From contig JBBSVW010000054.1 of NCBI GenBank assembly GCA_038046605.1, positions 1-18,397 of the forward strand: a stretch of DNA of 18,397 bases, read 5' to 3'. The DNA comes from Candidatus Micrarchaeota archaeon (GTDB lineage Archaea; Micrarchaeota; Micrarchaeia; Norongarragalinales; SBBD01). Below the pieces are notes generated by a model that did no database searches, was not told the origin of the DNA, and worked only from the letters and a program-made list of their open reading frames with translations. The position numbers were made by a program, and so were the translations under genes. Of the stretch, positions 7,057 through 16,500 are shown piece after piece; the stretch's first letter is position 1, and the number at the start of each line of letters is the position of its first letter.

Positions 7057-7153
7057 TTTGAACCTTTTCTTTCTCCTTCAGAAAGATTTGCCCTCCGGAA
7101 AAGAAAGATGGCAATTTGCCTTGAGGATAGAGTGGAAAAGGTTTGGAAAAGAA
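7057..7153 (+). other. tRNA intron at position 9/10 (97 nt, long hairpin)
   Basis: Terminal stem 7057-7070/7134-7147 (14 pairs including G.U) and inner TTGCC/GGCAA. Relaxed BHB: GGG/CTC outer helix, AA|G bulge, CTTG/AAAG core (3 bp plus G.A), TA|T at the 5' site. Confidence 0.72.
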
Positions 7154-7175
7154 GCTCAGCCTGGTCAGAGCGCCA

Positions 7176-7221
7176 ATGGACTATTAGGAGCGCTTCAAAC
7201 AAAACTAACTGTCCCGTGCAA
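7176..7221 (+). other. tRNA intron at position 29/30 (46 nt)
   Basis: Core helix GCGC(7170-7173)/GTGC(7216-7219), bulges CA|A and AA|G, outer helix AGA/TCT, inner GGAC/GTCC after a T.C mismatch. Confidence 0.85.
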
Positions 7222-7229
7222 GTCTTATA

Positions 7230-7266
7230 TGACGATATTGCAAAGCGCAATATTGCTCTCTAGGTG
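7230..7266 (+). other. tRNA intron at canonical position 37/38 (37 nt)
   Basis: Strict BHB: core CTTA(7224-7227)/TAGG(7261-7264), bulges TA|T and TG|A, flanking GA/TC and a CGATATTGC/GCAATATTG stem. Confidence 0.9.
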
Positions 7267-7302
7267 AACTGGATGTCCCGGGTTCAAATCCCGGCAGGCC
7301 CA

Positions 7303-7309
7303 TTTTTCT
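7303..7309 (+). terminator. Oligo-T tract after the tRNA
   Basis: TTTTTCT immediately after discriminator A7302, as expected for an archaeal terminator. Confidence 0.45.
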
Positions 7310-7330
7310 AATCAATTAGCCGGCGCTCTA

Positions 7331-8500
7331 TTATTTCTCCTCCAAAACTTCCTTGTAGAGCTCCTCATAACCTTTAGCCGAAAGGTCCCAGGTGAAATTG
7401 GTTTCGCACCTTTTCCTTGCATTTGCGCCCATTCTTCTTCTTGCCTTCTCATCCCTAAGCAATTTGAGCATGCTCTCCTTGATTTGCGAAGCATTCCGGC
7501 TTTCAAAGAGGAATCCGGATTCCTCCTGGATGATTTCAGGTATGCCCCCGATTTTTGTCCCAATAACCGGCTTTCCACTTGCCATCGCCTCGCAAAAGAC
7601 CATGCCAAAGGGTTCCCATACGCTAGCCAGCGCGAAGAATTCGCTTGCCGCGTAAAGTTCCGTCATGTCGGATTCAGGCATTTTTTCGGTGATGAAAATC
7701 ACGTCCTTCCCAAGCCCCAAATCCGAGGCATATTTTTTCAAATAGCCCTCAAGCGGGCCTTTGCCCAAAATTACGAGCGTCACATCCTTTTCCTCCTTGA
7801 CAACATCCGCAAAGGCCTTTAGAAGGTAAACAAAGCCCTTTTGGACCTGGAGCCTTGCAATTGAAAGGATGATCCTATCCTCGCCAAGGTTGTATTTCTT
7901 CCTGATATTCCCTTCCTTGTTTTTGGGGTTGTAAAGCACAGTATCGACTCCATTGTAAATTACGCGCTTTATGGCGGTCACATCCCTTGGGGCGGTTAAT
8001 TCCAGGGTATCCCTGCTGACCCCCGCAAGCGCGTGGACCGCCCGCATTGTCTGCCTTCCTAGTACGTCATCGTAAAGATTGCCAAATGTATCTGTTGCCC
8101 AGTCAATGCCCGTCAATCTGGCGTTGTGCAGTGTGAGGCCAATTGTTTTGCCTCCCAATCGCTTGATTAGTGCAACATCTAGGAGGGTGTAAAAAAACCT
8201 ATTGTGCATGTGGAAAATGTCGTGCTTGGGAATTTCCTTAATGAGTTCGGTTAGAAAAAGCGGCGAAACCGGCGCCGGTGGGGGCACCGGATAGGGCGTT
8301 TGGTAGAATACCTTGCAGGGGATGCGCTTGACCTTGATCCCATCCAGCTCCTCGTAAATGGGGGTGTTTGGCACCTGTGCGGTTAGGACGGTGACATCGT
8401 GCTTTTTTGCAAGCCTTCTGGAAACCTCCAACACATGCTTTTCCGTCCCTCCCAGGTAGGGGTGAAAGAATGGATTCAACATACATATATTCATTTGCAA
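7331..8500 (-). CDS. Glycosyltransferase family 4 (GT-B fold)
   Basis: FHPYLGGTE, LTLHN, VIYNGVD, IARLQVQKG, ILGKGPL and the EPFGMVFCEAMASGKPVI..IGGIPEII (E-x7-E) motif. Confidence 0.93.
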   Translation of the reverse strand: MQMNICMLNPFFHPYLGGTEKHVLEVSRRLAKKHDVTVLTAQVPNTPIYEELDGIKVKRIPCKVFYQTPYPVPPPAPVSPLFLTELIKEIPKHDIFHMHNRFFYTLLDVALIKRLGGKTIGLTLHNARLTGIDWATDTFGNLYDDVLGRQTMRAVHALAGVSRDTLELTAPRDVTAIKRVIYNGVDTVLYNPKNKEGNIRKKYNLGEDRIILSIARLQVQKGFVYLLKAFADVVKEEKDVTLVILGKGPLEGYLKKYASDLGLGKDVIFITEKMPESDMTELYAASEFFALASVWEPFGMVFCEAMASGKPVIGTKIGGIPEIIQEESGFLFESRNASQIKESMLKLLRDEKARRRMGANARKRCETNFTWDLSAKGYEELYKEVLEEK

Positions 8501-8562
8501 ATCACTGTTTCAATGGGCTGCATTGGCACGCTTGCATAATTATCTCATCATCAAGTGGGCGG

Positions 8563-8733
8563 TCAAATTTTTAATAACATTTCCCGCAATACTTCCTGAG
8601 AGGTTGCAAAGTAGATGTTGTGCCGCTTGAGCTCATCAAGGAATTCCCATAAAGAGACGCCAGCTTTGGCAGCAGCTGCCCATGCTGTGAGATATCCTTT
8701 CTGATATTCCCGTAATGCGACCTTAATTTTCAT
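8563..8733 (-). CDS. UPF0175-family small HTH protein (predicted antitoxin type), possibly truncated
   Basis: ALREYQKGYLTAWAAAAKAGVSLWEFLDELKRHNI fits the UPF0175 pattern. ATG at 8733 (track uses TTG 8745), with an in-frame stop just upstream. Confidence 0.65.
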   Translation of the reverse strand: MKIKVALREYQKGYLTAWAAAAKAGVSLWEFLDELKRHNIYFATSQEVLREMLLKI

Positions 8734-8820
8734 TTCTCCAACCAACTAAAGCAAAGAAGCGCAACTATAAGAATATATTGCAAGAGCTGAAGCTAATAAC
8801 ATATTTGTAAGGTGAACTAG

Positions 8821-9087
8821 TCAGCCCTTCATGCTCTCCAGCTCGCTCATGAGGTTCCAGATCATTGTCCTTGCGTGCATTGGGAGATTGATGTCGCTTG
8901 AGACCTCATCAAGGGTGTAGATGACACTTCCAATTGCCAGGTCCGGATCGGTCCCCCCTTTAAGCTTTTGCTGCGCATTCTGGAGGTTTGACCTTACATT
9001 CCTTGGGATGGACGTATCCGTGACCATGAGTTCAAGCATCTGTGAAATTTTCTCCAGCTCCGACTTGTCGATTGGCATTTTAACCAC
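8821..9087 (-). CDS. UPF0147-family archaeal protein
   Basis: DTSIPRNVR and LDEVSSDINLPMHARTMIWNLMSELE are characteristic. Start is GTG 9087 or ATG 9078. Confidence 0.9.
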   Translation of the reverse strand: MVKMPIDKSELEKISQMLELMVTDTSIPRNVRSNLQNAQQKLKGGTDPDLAIGSVIYTLDEVSSDINLPMHARTMIWNLMSELESMKG

Positions 9088-9264
9088 ATTTTCCCCTAAA
9101 AGAATAAGTAGTATTCCTTATCCGAAATGAATTATTAAACCCTATGAAAAAAGCAAATTGTCGGGCAAATTATTGCAATTATTGAAATTGCGGATAAAAA
9201 ATTGCGCCAAAATCAATTCCTATCCTACTCCCCCCAAATCCCAATGGCCTAATCAATCAGCAGT

Positions 9265-10491
9265 TCAATATTTTATTATCAATTTATCCCCGATGCTTGC
9301 AATGCTCTCAAATCCAAAATCAATCTTTTGCCCTTTTTGCGTTTGCACAATAAGCGCCTCGGAATCCCTATTGACGCCCGTAATTTTGCCCAAAAAGCCG
9401 CCTATTTCAGTGTAAACCTCCTTGCCCTCCAATTTCATTGCGGAAATGATATTTCGCTTGAACTGCTTTGCCAGGTATATCACAAGGTACATGATTGCAA
9501 TTGTAAGCACTAGGGAATAGAAGAAATCCGCAAAGCTGATATTGCCAATCACCCACTCCGCGGCATTATTTGCAATCATCCAGAATAGCACCACTGCTGA
9601 AAACGAAACCGCAAAGCCAGGGAGCTTGTATCCCTTCTTGTCATTCCAGGTTTCGAGGAAGTTGCCCCCGATCAATAGGATGAGCGCTATTGGGAAAAGC
9701 AATAGGAAATCCTTAAGCGCAAAAGCTATGATTTTGGCGATATTGCCAACTCCCACCGCCTGCAATTCGGAAACCCTGGCAATTGCCAAATAGATTGATA
9801 TGATGATGAACGCTGCGGATGCAAAAAGGAAGATGAAGCTGACCCGCTCAACGGAAAATTCAGCCCTTGCAAATCTCCTAAGGATCGCTTCTTCCACCCC
9901 AAATCCCTTCAAAATGAGGTAGGCGCCAAAAATCCCAAAGAAAAAGCGCACTCCCGCCTCCTGGAATAGGAAGGTGAGCAATAATAGCAAACCCGGAATT
10001 CCAAACACAATCCTGGCAAACTGGGGCTCCTTCAATTTTTCCAATAGCACGAAATAGGTCTTCTCCAATTCCTTGCTCTGCTTGACGATGAGGGTTTTGA
10101 CCGAATTGACCTTCACCCTGCTTTGTATGAGCGGCAATACCTGCTCATCAGATGCCCCATCTGAAACGAATATGCATGCTTCAGGCTTGAAATCATCAAT
10201 GATTTTTTCCAATTGCTTGACAACCTCCCTATCGGCGTAATACCCAAGCCTTGCGCTTCCGGTGATTGTTGCAACCTCTGCTGTATAACCCTGCTTTTTG
10301 AGATCGTCGTACGTCTTAACCGCCTGGAAGATTGTATTGCCATCGGTATCCCCTGGATCTGCGAGTGAAAATTTGGTTGCCGCATCGATATTGCGCTTCC
10401 TTCCAATGACCGGCCCTTTCATCCTGGCCTTTTCATACAAATCATTGTCCACATCTACGCACAAAACCAGCAGGCGCTTTGCATCGGGCAT
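9265..10491 (-). CDS. DUF373-family membrane protein with a C-terminal PRC-barrel-like extension
   Basis: LVLCVDVDNDL, PVIGR, ADPGDTDGN, SDGASDEQVLPLIQSR and VKQSKELEKTYF, then several TM helices. The C-terminus LEGKEVYTEIGGFLGKI...IASIGDKLII resembles a PRC barrel. GGGAG SD upstream. Confidence 0.88.
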   Translation of the reverse strand: MPDAKRLLVLCVDVDNDLYEKARMKGPVIGRKRNIDAATKFSLADPGDTDGNTIFQAVKTYDDLKKQGYTAEVATITGSARLGYYADREVVKQLEKIIDDFKPEACIFVSDGASDEQVLPLIQSRVKVNSVKTLIVKQSKELEKTYFVLLEKLKEPQFARIVFGIPGLLLLLTFLFQEAGVRFFFGIFGAYLILKGFGVEEAILRRFARAEFSVERVSFIFLFASAAFIIISIYLAIARVSELQAVGVGNIAKIIAFALKDFLLLFPIALILLIGGNFLETWNDKKGYKLPGFAVSFSAVVLFWMIANNAAEWVIGNISFADFFYSLVLTIAIMYLVIYLAKQFKRNIISAMKLEGKEVYTEIGGFLGKITGVNRDSEALIVQTQKGQKIDFGFESIASIGDKLIIKY

Positions 10492-10576
10492 ATTTTACTC
10501 CCTTTACTACGGAAAACTATTTGTTTGGGGTTTGGAGGTTTAAATAAGCAGTATTTTGAGGCAAATTTCAATTAAT

Positions 10577-13500
10577 TTAAGGCCCTCTTAGGATTGAAAG
10601 GTCGTCAGCTACAGATCCATCGTATGTGGGTTGGTTTGAAGTAATTGGTGGGGTTGGCTTAACAAACATGGGGCTTCCCTTCAAGCTCCAGAATCGACCC
10701 TGAACATTTGTGCCAGAGATCAATTTTGCGTATATTGTCCTATCCTTCACTTCGCTGATGGGAAGGTAAGCTTGTGCCGTGCCGTCTGCTTTTATTGAAG
10801 TGGGTGCGTGACCTCCTGCATTCGTTTCCGAAACACCAACAAAAAGCTGAGCCTCCAAGAATGGCTTTTTGCTCCAAGCCCCAATCTTTGCCTTATCCAA
10901 TCCGATGATATTTACGCATATGTATTTGTGAACGGCCGGGTCGTATTGGTATTGGGCGACGCCGTTTACAATTGTGATTTGGTCCGTATTTGCACATTTA
11001 TCCGTATTGGTTTTTACGCCTGATACCACTATGGACGGGATCAGCTCCTTTGCGCTAAAAGTAGTTTGTGTGACGGGAGGATTGGTTATGTAATCGGGTG
11101 TTGGCGGGCCGTATACTTCGGGTGTGGGCGGACCAAATGGTGTGCTATAATCCATATCCGCAAGGCTCATCGCAGTTTGTGGAAATTGAATGGTGGCATC
11201 GGTTCCTTCTGAAGCAGCATCGCTTTCCGCCCCCCCCTTAGCAAAGCTTTGGACATTTTCCGTTTGCTCAACTGTAACGGGTATCTTCTTGCCCTCTATT
11301 GTTATTTCCGATGGCGCGGATTCATCCAAAAGGAAGCGCATTTGCGCCTTGATTATTTCAAGGGATGTTTTCATTACCTCATCCCCATACGGGCTTTCAA
11401 TGCAAAGCTCTCCCTCGGTTGCCCCCAATATTCTGGTCGAATCCAATGAACCTGATTTTATGGGGTCGCATGACTGGACGTTGCTTGCAACGATGATGCT
11501 TAGTTTCCTGCTATCTGGGCTTAATTGAATCCAGCTAGTTGCTTTGTTTATTTTCTGCTTATTGATTGCCCCTTGGATTGCTTTCAAATCGATCCCGAAT
11601 TTTGCGCATCCATTCTCGTACTCTTTATTGTCAACGAAAATGATTTCACTTTCGGATTGCTTTTTAAGCTCAATCCAGCAGGATGTGACTTTTATCGCTT
11701 TCTTATCCTCCTTGTCCTCGATAATAAGTTCCTTGAGGGGCTTTTCTCCTTCCGTGAATATCTTTAGCTTGTCATCAGTTAGATCAAGCGGATACTTGTT
11801 CATCGTGAATAGGTTGGGCTTTCCTGGATCATCAACGGCAACCGTTGTTTTATCTCCATCCTTGATTAGGTAGAAATACTGCGGCGCCTTTTTGTCCTCA
11901 AACCTAATTGGCGCAAACTTCCCTGATCCGGAAGCTCCCTGCGAATCCGGCCCAGTTACCGTCGTTGGCGTTGCATCTGATACCTTCTTTCCGCCAACCC
12001 AATCCGAAAGTGAGATTAGCCCACCGGCGCCTCCGGTGGAGAGTGCATCCCCAATCTTATAGCGCTCCAAAACAAAGCCCGCACTTTCCCCCTGCGCTGC
12101 CGCCTTGTAGAGCACATCTACATCGAGCCCGTCCAAATCCACAATCGGCCTCGTGTAGCTGATGCGCGGGCTGTAAAGCGAATCCCCAAGCAATTTCCTC
12201 ATTATTAGGGTTTTTAGAAGATCGTAATTGCCCGTTGCAAAGATTGCCTCATAATTGTTAGCCACTTCGGAATCGCAAGCAGCCCTTGCAAATTGCTCTT
12301 GCGTCATCGCCCAGAATTCCCCTCCGGAAATGGAGTTGTCGCAGTGCGTATCGCCTGCATAGCATTCATAATTGCTTGTTCCGGAAATTTTTCCGGTGCA
12401 AATATCCATCCAGCCCTTTGCTCCTCCGCACGCCTTGTATTGCGCCTTGTCGGCGGCATAATCCGCAAGCGTCCGCGCAAGTGCGTCGGCAAAGCGCCTT
12501 GCGGCATACTCCCCAAAGCCCGCATAATCGAGGCGTTGGACCGTTATAGATTCGGCAAGGCTTCCATCCCCATCAATCAGTTCTCCTTTTACAATTTCCT
12601 TTTCAGCATCCAGGATATCCTTATTGCAATAGTCCTTCCCCTGGCATTTGTTTGCAACCTCATCTTCGTTTACGTCGGCTTTCTCGATATCGGTTAACGC
12701 ATTCCCAATAACATCCAAGGTGGCGTTTGATGAGATGATTTCAGCATATGGCAATTTCATATCCTTCAACGGATAGGTTTGCGATTTGACAAGGTTCAGG
12801 CTAAGCTTGTTTGCCGCATCATCCTTCTTTGCAAGATTCAATTCCGAGTAATAAAGTTTATCCAATTTGCCTGCAGCCCTGGACAAATCAAGTGATGATC
12901 CCGAAACCTTTGCCAGGTTGCTGTTTGGGATATTATTCAAAATGTAGAATGGTTCTTTTGTGATTGTATTGGGGGTAGTATCCGTTGTCTGGGTGGATAA
13001 TCTCGAAATCACATTCGTACCTGCGGGCACCTTTTGCAAAGCGTACTTGTTCCATGTGTCATCAATTACGAATTTAATCCTGATAACAAATGCCTGCCCT
13101 GATTGGGGGAAATTAACTGAAAGCGTTTGAATTGCCTCGGGTTCGTCCTTTTCTGAAATCCCGCCAAACCTAAGGCGCACATTCCCATTCTCATCAAGGT
13201 CATATTTCATCTTCTTGGGATCGTTGGTCAAAACGAATGTTGCAAACCTTGGCGCCGTCAGGAAAACTTCGCTAAGTGCCTGCAGCCCGCCGACTATGAA
13301 TCCATCGGGCCCTTGCTTATCAACATAGATGGCGGAAAGATATTCGTCTTTTGTTCCTGCCTTATTGATCAAAAGCTGCGTTGGTGAGCCAGAATAAAGA
13401 GCATAATCGTTTACAAGCGTGAATGCTATCCCATTCACCGGCAGGAAGGGTGAGAGATGCACTTCGCATGTGTAACCGCCGCCGTTATCCTTGCAAAGGT

Positions 13501-16500
13501 TAGGATCCTGTGCGCCTGAGAATGTTCCGCCCATGCCATATTGTTGATTAAATTGTTGGTAATATCCACTAGTTCTTTGATCATTGATATTGAACTGTGA
13601 TTGCGTCGGGTTAAATCCGCCGCCATAAACTCCTTGGGGCGCAAGCCCGCCGGGAACCCTTCCAAATTGCATCATGTTGGGCCCCACCTGGATTTTGTAT
13701 GCGCTGCTGTATGCAATCTGCGCGCTCTTTCCGGAACTTGGGTCAAAGAAGCTCACGGTGCTCTTTGCCAAATAACCCACAAAGCGCTGCGCAAAATAGT
13801 TCAAATTCTTGTACCTGCAGGCGGCTTCCGGATCGCCAACAATCACAACCCCCCTAACCGATGTGCGGGTTGGATCCCTGTAATTGTAAACTCCGGGCTG
13901 GCCAAATTTGAATGAGTAGGATTGGCCTGGCTTTATCACATCCTTGCTAAATAGCAGCTTGCTTGATATGAGCTTGTCATCGCCGGTTGCAAAGGATGCA
14001 ACCCCGTGATATTTGCCATCCATATTGATCCATGTGAGCGTCGAATTCGCATCGATCCGGATGCTTGCCGGCTCAAAACCAAGGTCGGTTATTAAAACCG
14101 TGTTGCTGGAGCCGGATAGGGATTTCTTTGGCCCAATAACCTTTGCCTGAACGGTTTCGGTTGCAGCGCCAGAAATTGTTATCAGAACCCTTCCGGTTTG
14201 CAGCTGGGTTTTATTCAGGCCAACGGAAACCTGGGTGTTATTTGCAACATAAGCTACCGTATCGGTGTAATATGGGTGCGCGTTGTAATCGGCCTTGATG
14301 AATATCGATTTTGTCGACCTATAGGTATCGCAATCCACCTCCACGAAATTATTAATCCTAAGGTTTGCATTTGGCTCCGAGCTTCGGATTTCGCAATCAT
14401 ACGTTGAGCTGTTGCCAACCAGGTAGGCAATCGAGTAATATAGGTCGTTCTTTTCCAGGTCCTCCGTGAGCTCAATTGCAAAATTCTCCGGAAGGTCGGG
14501 ATATTGCGAAAATGCCTCGCACGCATTTGCCACGCAGAATTTCCCTCCTCCGCACTCCTCATCTGTGGTGCATGAAACCTTGCAATAATTATTCCTGCAA
14601 ACCTTCCCATCAGCGCAATCCCCATCCTTTGTGCATTCGGGAACGATGCATGATTTGGTTGAGGGATCGCAAATGTATCCGGTGTCACAAGGATTATCCT
14701 GAGAGCATGCGATCTTTTCGCATTTATCCTCTACGCATTCATAGCCGGCGCTGCAGGGGTTGGCATTTGTGCAGGTGCTTGGCTGGCAAGCGCCGCTTAC
14801 GCATTCCTCATCATCGTCGCAATCATTTGAATTAGTGCAAACCTCCCCCGGCGGAACCGATGGCCTTGGGGACACTGTCGGGGCAGGTGAGGGCGAAGGA
14901 ACGCGCTTCTTGCAAACCGCCCCCGCATCAAAATCGCAGAAATCGCCGGTTTTGCATTGGGCATCGCTAAGGCACACCTTATCGAGCACTTCGCAATTCA
15001 CTTTTGTTGTAATTTTCAAATTCGCATGCGCTCCTCCAGCCTGCGAATCAAAACTCAAATCGCAAAATGTGCCTTGCTTTGTGGGATTTAGCACAAGTTC
15101 CTTTGTTCCCTTTCCCTTTAGTGAAAATGTCGCCTGGTTGCCATTTGCAATTACCCCATCGCCCATTATTTCGAGGCACGAGCTTTTTGCCAGCACATAA
15201 ATATCCGCAGAAAGGAGGTTGGTAATTTCAACGCTTCCGCCATCGCAAGTGAGTGTGAGGGCGTCCGAGCTGGATTCAAGGAAATCATTAAGCCTTGAAG
15301 TGATCTGCTTTTCAGAAGGCTTGAACCCTTCGCGTTTTGCAACAATTGTGAATGTGCCAGTGCTTAGCGGGTGCACTTGCTTGAAAACATATTTGCCATC
15401 CCTTCCGGAATTGTCATTTCCATTTCCAATAATTGATTCGGGCGTGTTCCCCTCAAAAACTGAGCTTTCGTCCTCCTCAATTGAAACCGTTGCATCGCTA
15501 ACCGGCTCGCCATCAAGCGCATTCGAGAGAATGACCGTAATCCGCCCATCCTCATTTGCCTGCAAATCAATTGGTGAAACGCCCATTTCAAATTCATTTT
15601 CACCTGTAATCTGAACGGTGCTCTTCAATGTGTGAATAACCCCCGAAGCATCCCCGAATTCGAGCATCACTTTTGAGAAGGCGGATGGGAGTTTGCCCTT
15701 TGCAGAAATATCCCCGCTAACCGCGCTGCCCTCTCCAAAACCTTCCACATCGAATGTGTATTCGGCGGAGCCACTGGCATCCCCGCTTGAATCGGCAAAA
15801 TTGAATGCATTGAATATGATTTCATCATCATCTGAAATTTTGAAATACGGCGCATCAAAGGCCTTCAATGCGCGCCCAGAAATAAATGCCTTGAACGGCT
15901 CGCCAGTTGTTGCAGAAAAGCCCTTTGCAACCTTTGCCTGCGCCTTCCCGAAAAGCATGGACATGCAAATGCCACCTTTGCAGGAGAATTTGTCCTCGGT
16001 CACCTTGAATGTTGTCCCATTGAGCGCAGCATAGCACGAATCCTTATCTGCGTTTTTCTCCTCGCTTCCAAGGCCGGCATCCTCCGGAACCCTCGTGAAT
16101 ATTTTGCCTGCAGCCGCATATCCCCTATATTCAAAACTTACGCTGCTTCCTGATTTTGCCTCCGGTTTCACAAACACTTTTACGATGATGCCCTTGGTAC
16201 CCGCCTGCTTTTTGTACTCGTAATTGAGCCACTTGGATAGAGAATCGGATGAATCGCTGTCCCCGGAAATGTCGGATGTGCAATCGGCTGAGGGCTTGTA
16301 TGTGATTCCCTTTGTTATGATTGCATCGGATGGCTTTTCATAGCCCGAAATTGCCGCATAATCCTCATCCGCGGATCCGAAGCCGCTTCCCGAAACCTTA
16401 AGGAAAATCCCCCCCTTTTCGCTTCCTTGCGGGATGTTTAAGGTGAATTTTGCCAAATAATAAGAGCCCCTTATGAGGGATGGGATTGCTGTCGAGTATA

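Larger units (their letters stand above)
7048..7302 (+). tRNA. tRNA-Ile(UAU) with three introns; exons 7048-7056, 7154-7175, 7222-7229, 7267-7302
   Basis: Joined exons give a 75-nt cloverleaf: GGGCTTG TA GCTC AGCCTGGTCA GAGC G CCAGT CT-TAT-AA ACTGG ATGTC CCGGG TTCAAAT CCCGG CAGGCCC A. All four stems pair (one U5.G68), with C4-G69 and discriminator A73 as in tRNA-Ile. BHB-like motifs sit at all three junctions. CCA is not encoded. Confidence 0.88.

Noticed and set aside
6897-7267. ORFs 6897-7250 (-), 7033-7263 (+) and 7052-7267 (+)
   Set aside because: They overlap the tRNA exons and structured introns and have no recognisable protein features.
7262-7268. Reading the anticodon as GGT (Thr) or GTG (His) from the bases just before ACTGG
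   Set aside because: It would not give U33 with a paired stem, and TAGG/TG are the BHB core and bulge of the 37/38 intron.
7302-10576. Integrated element or island at the tRNA 3' end
   Set aside because: No integrase or transposase, I saw no duplicated tRNA 3' end, and the downstream genes (UPF0147, DUF373) are conserved archaeal genes.
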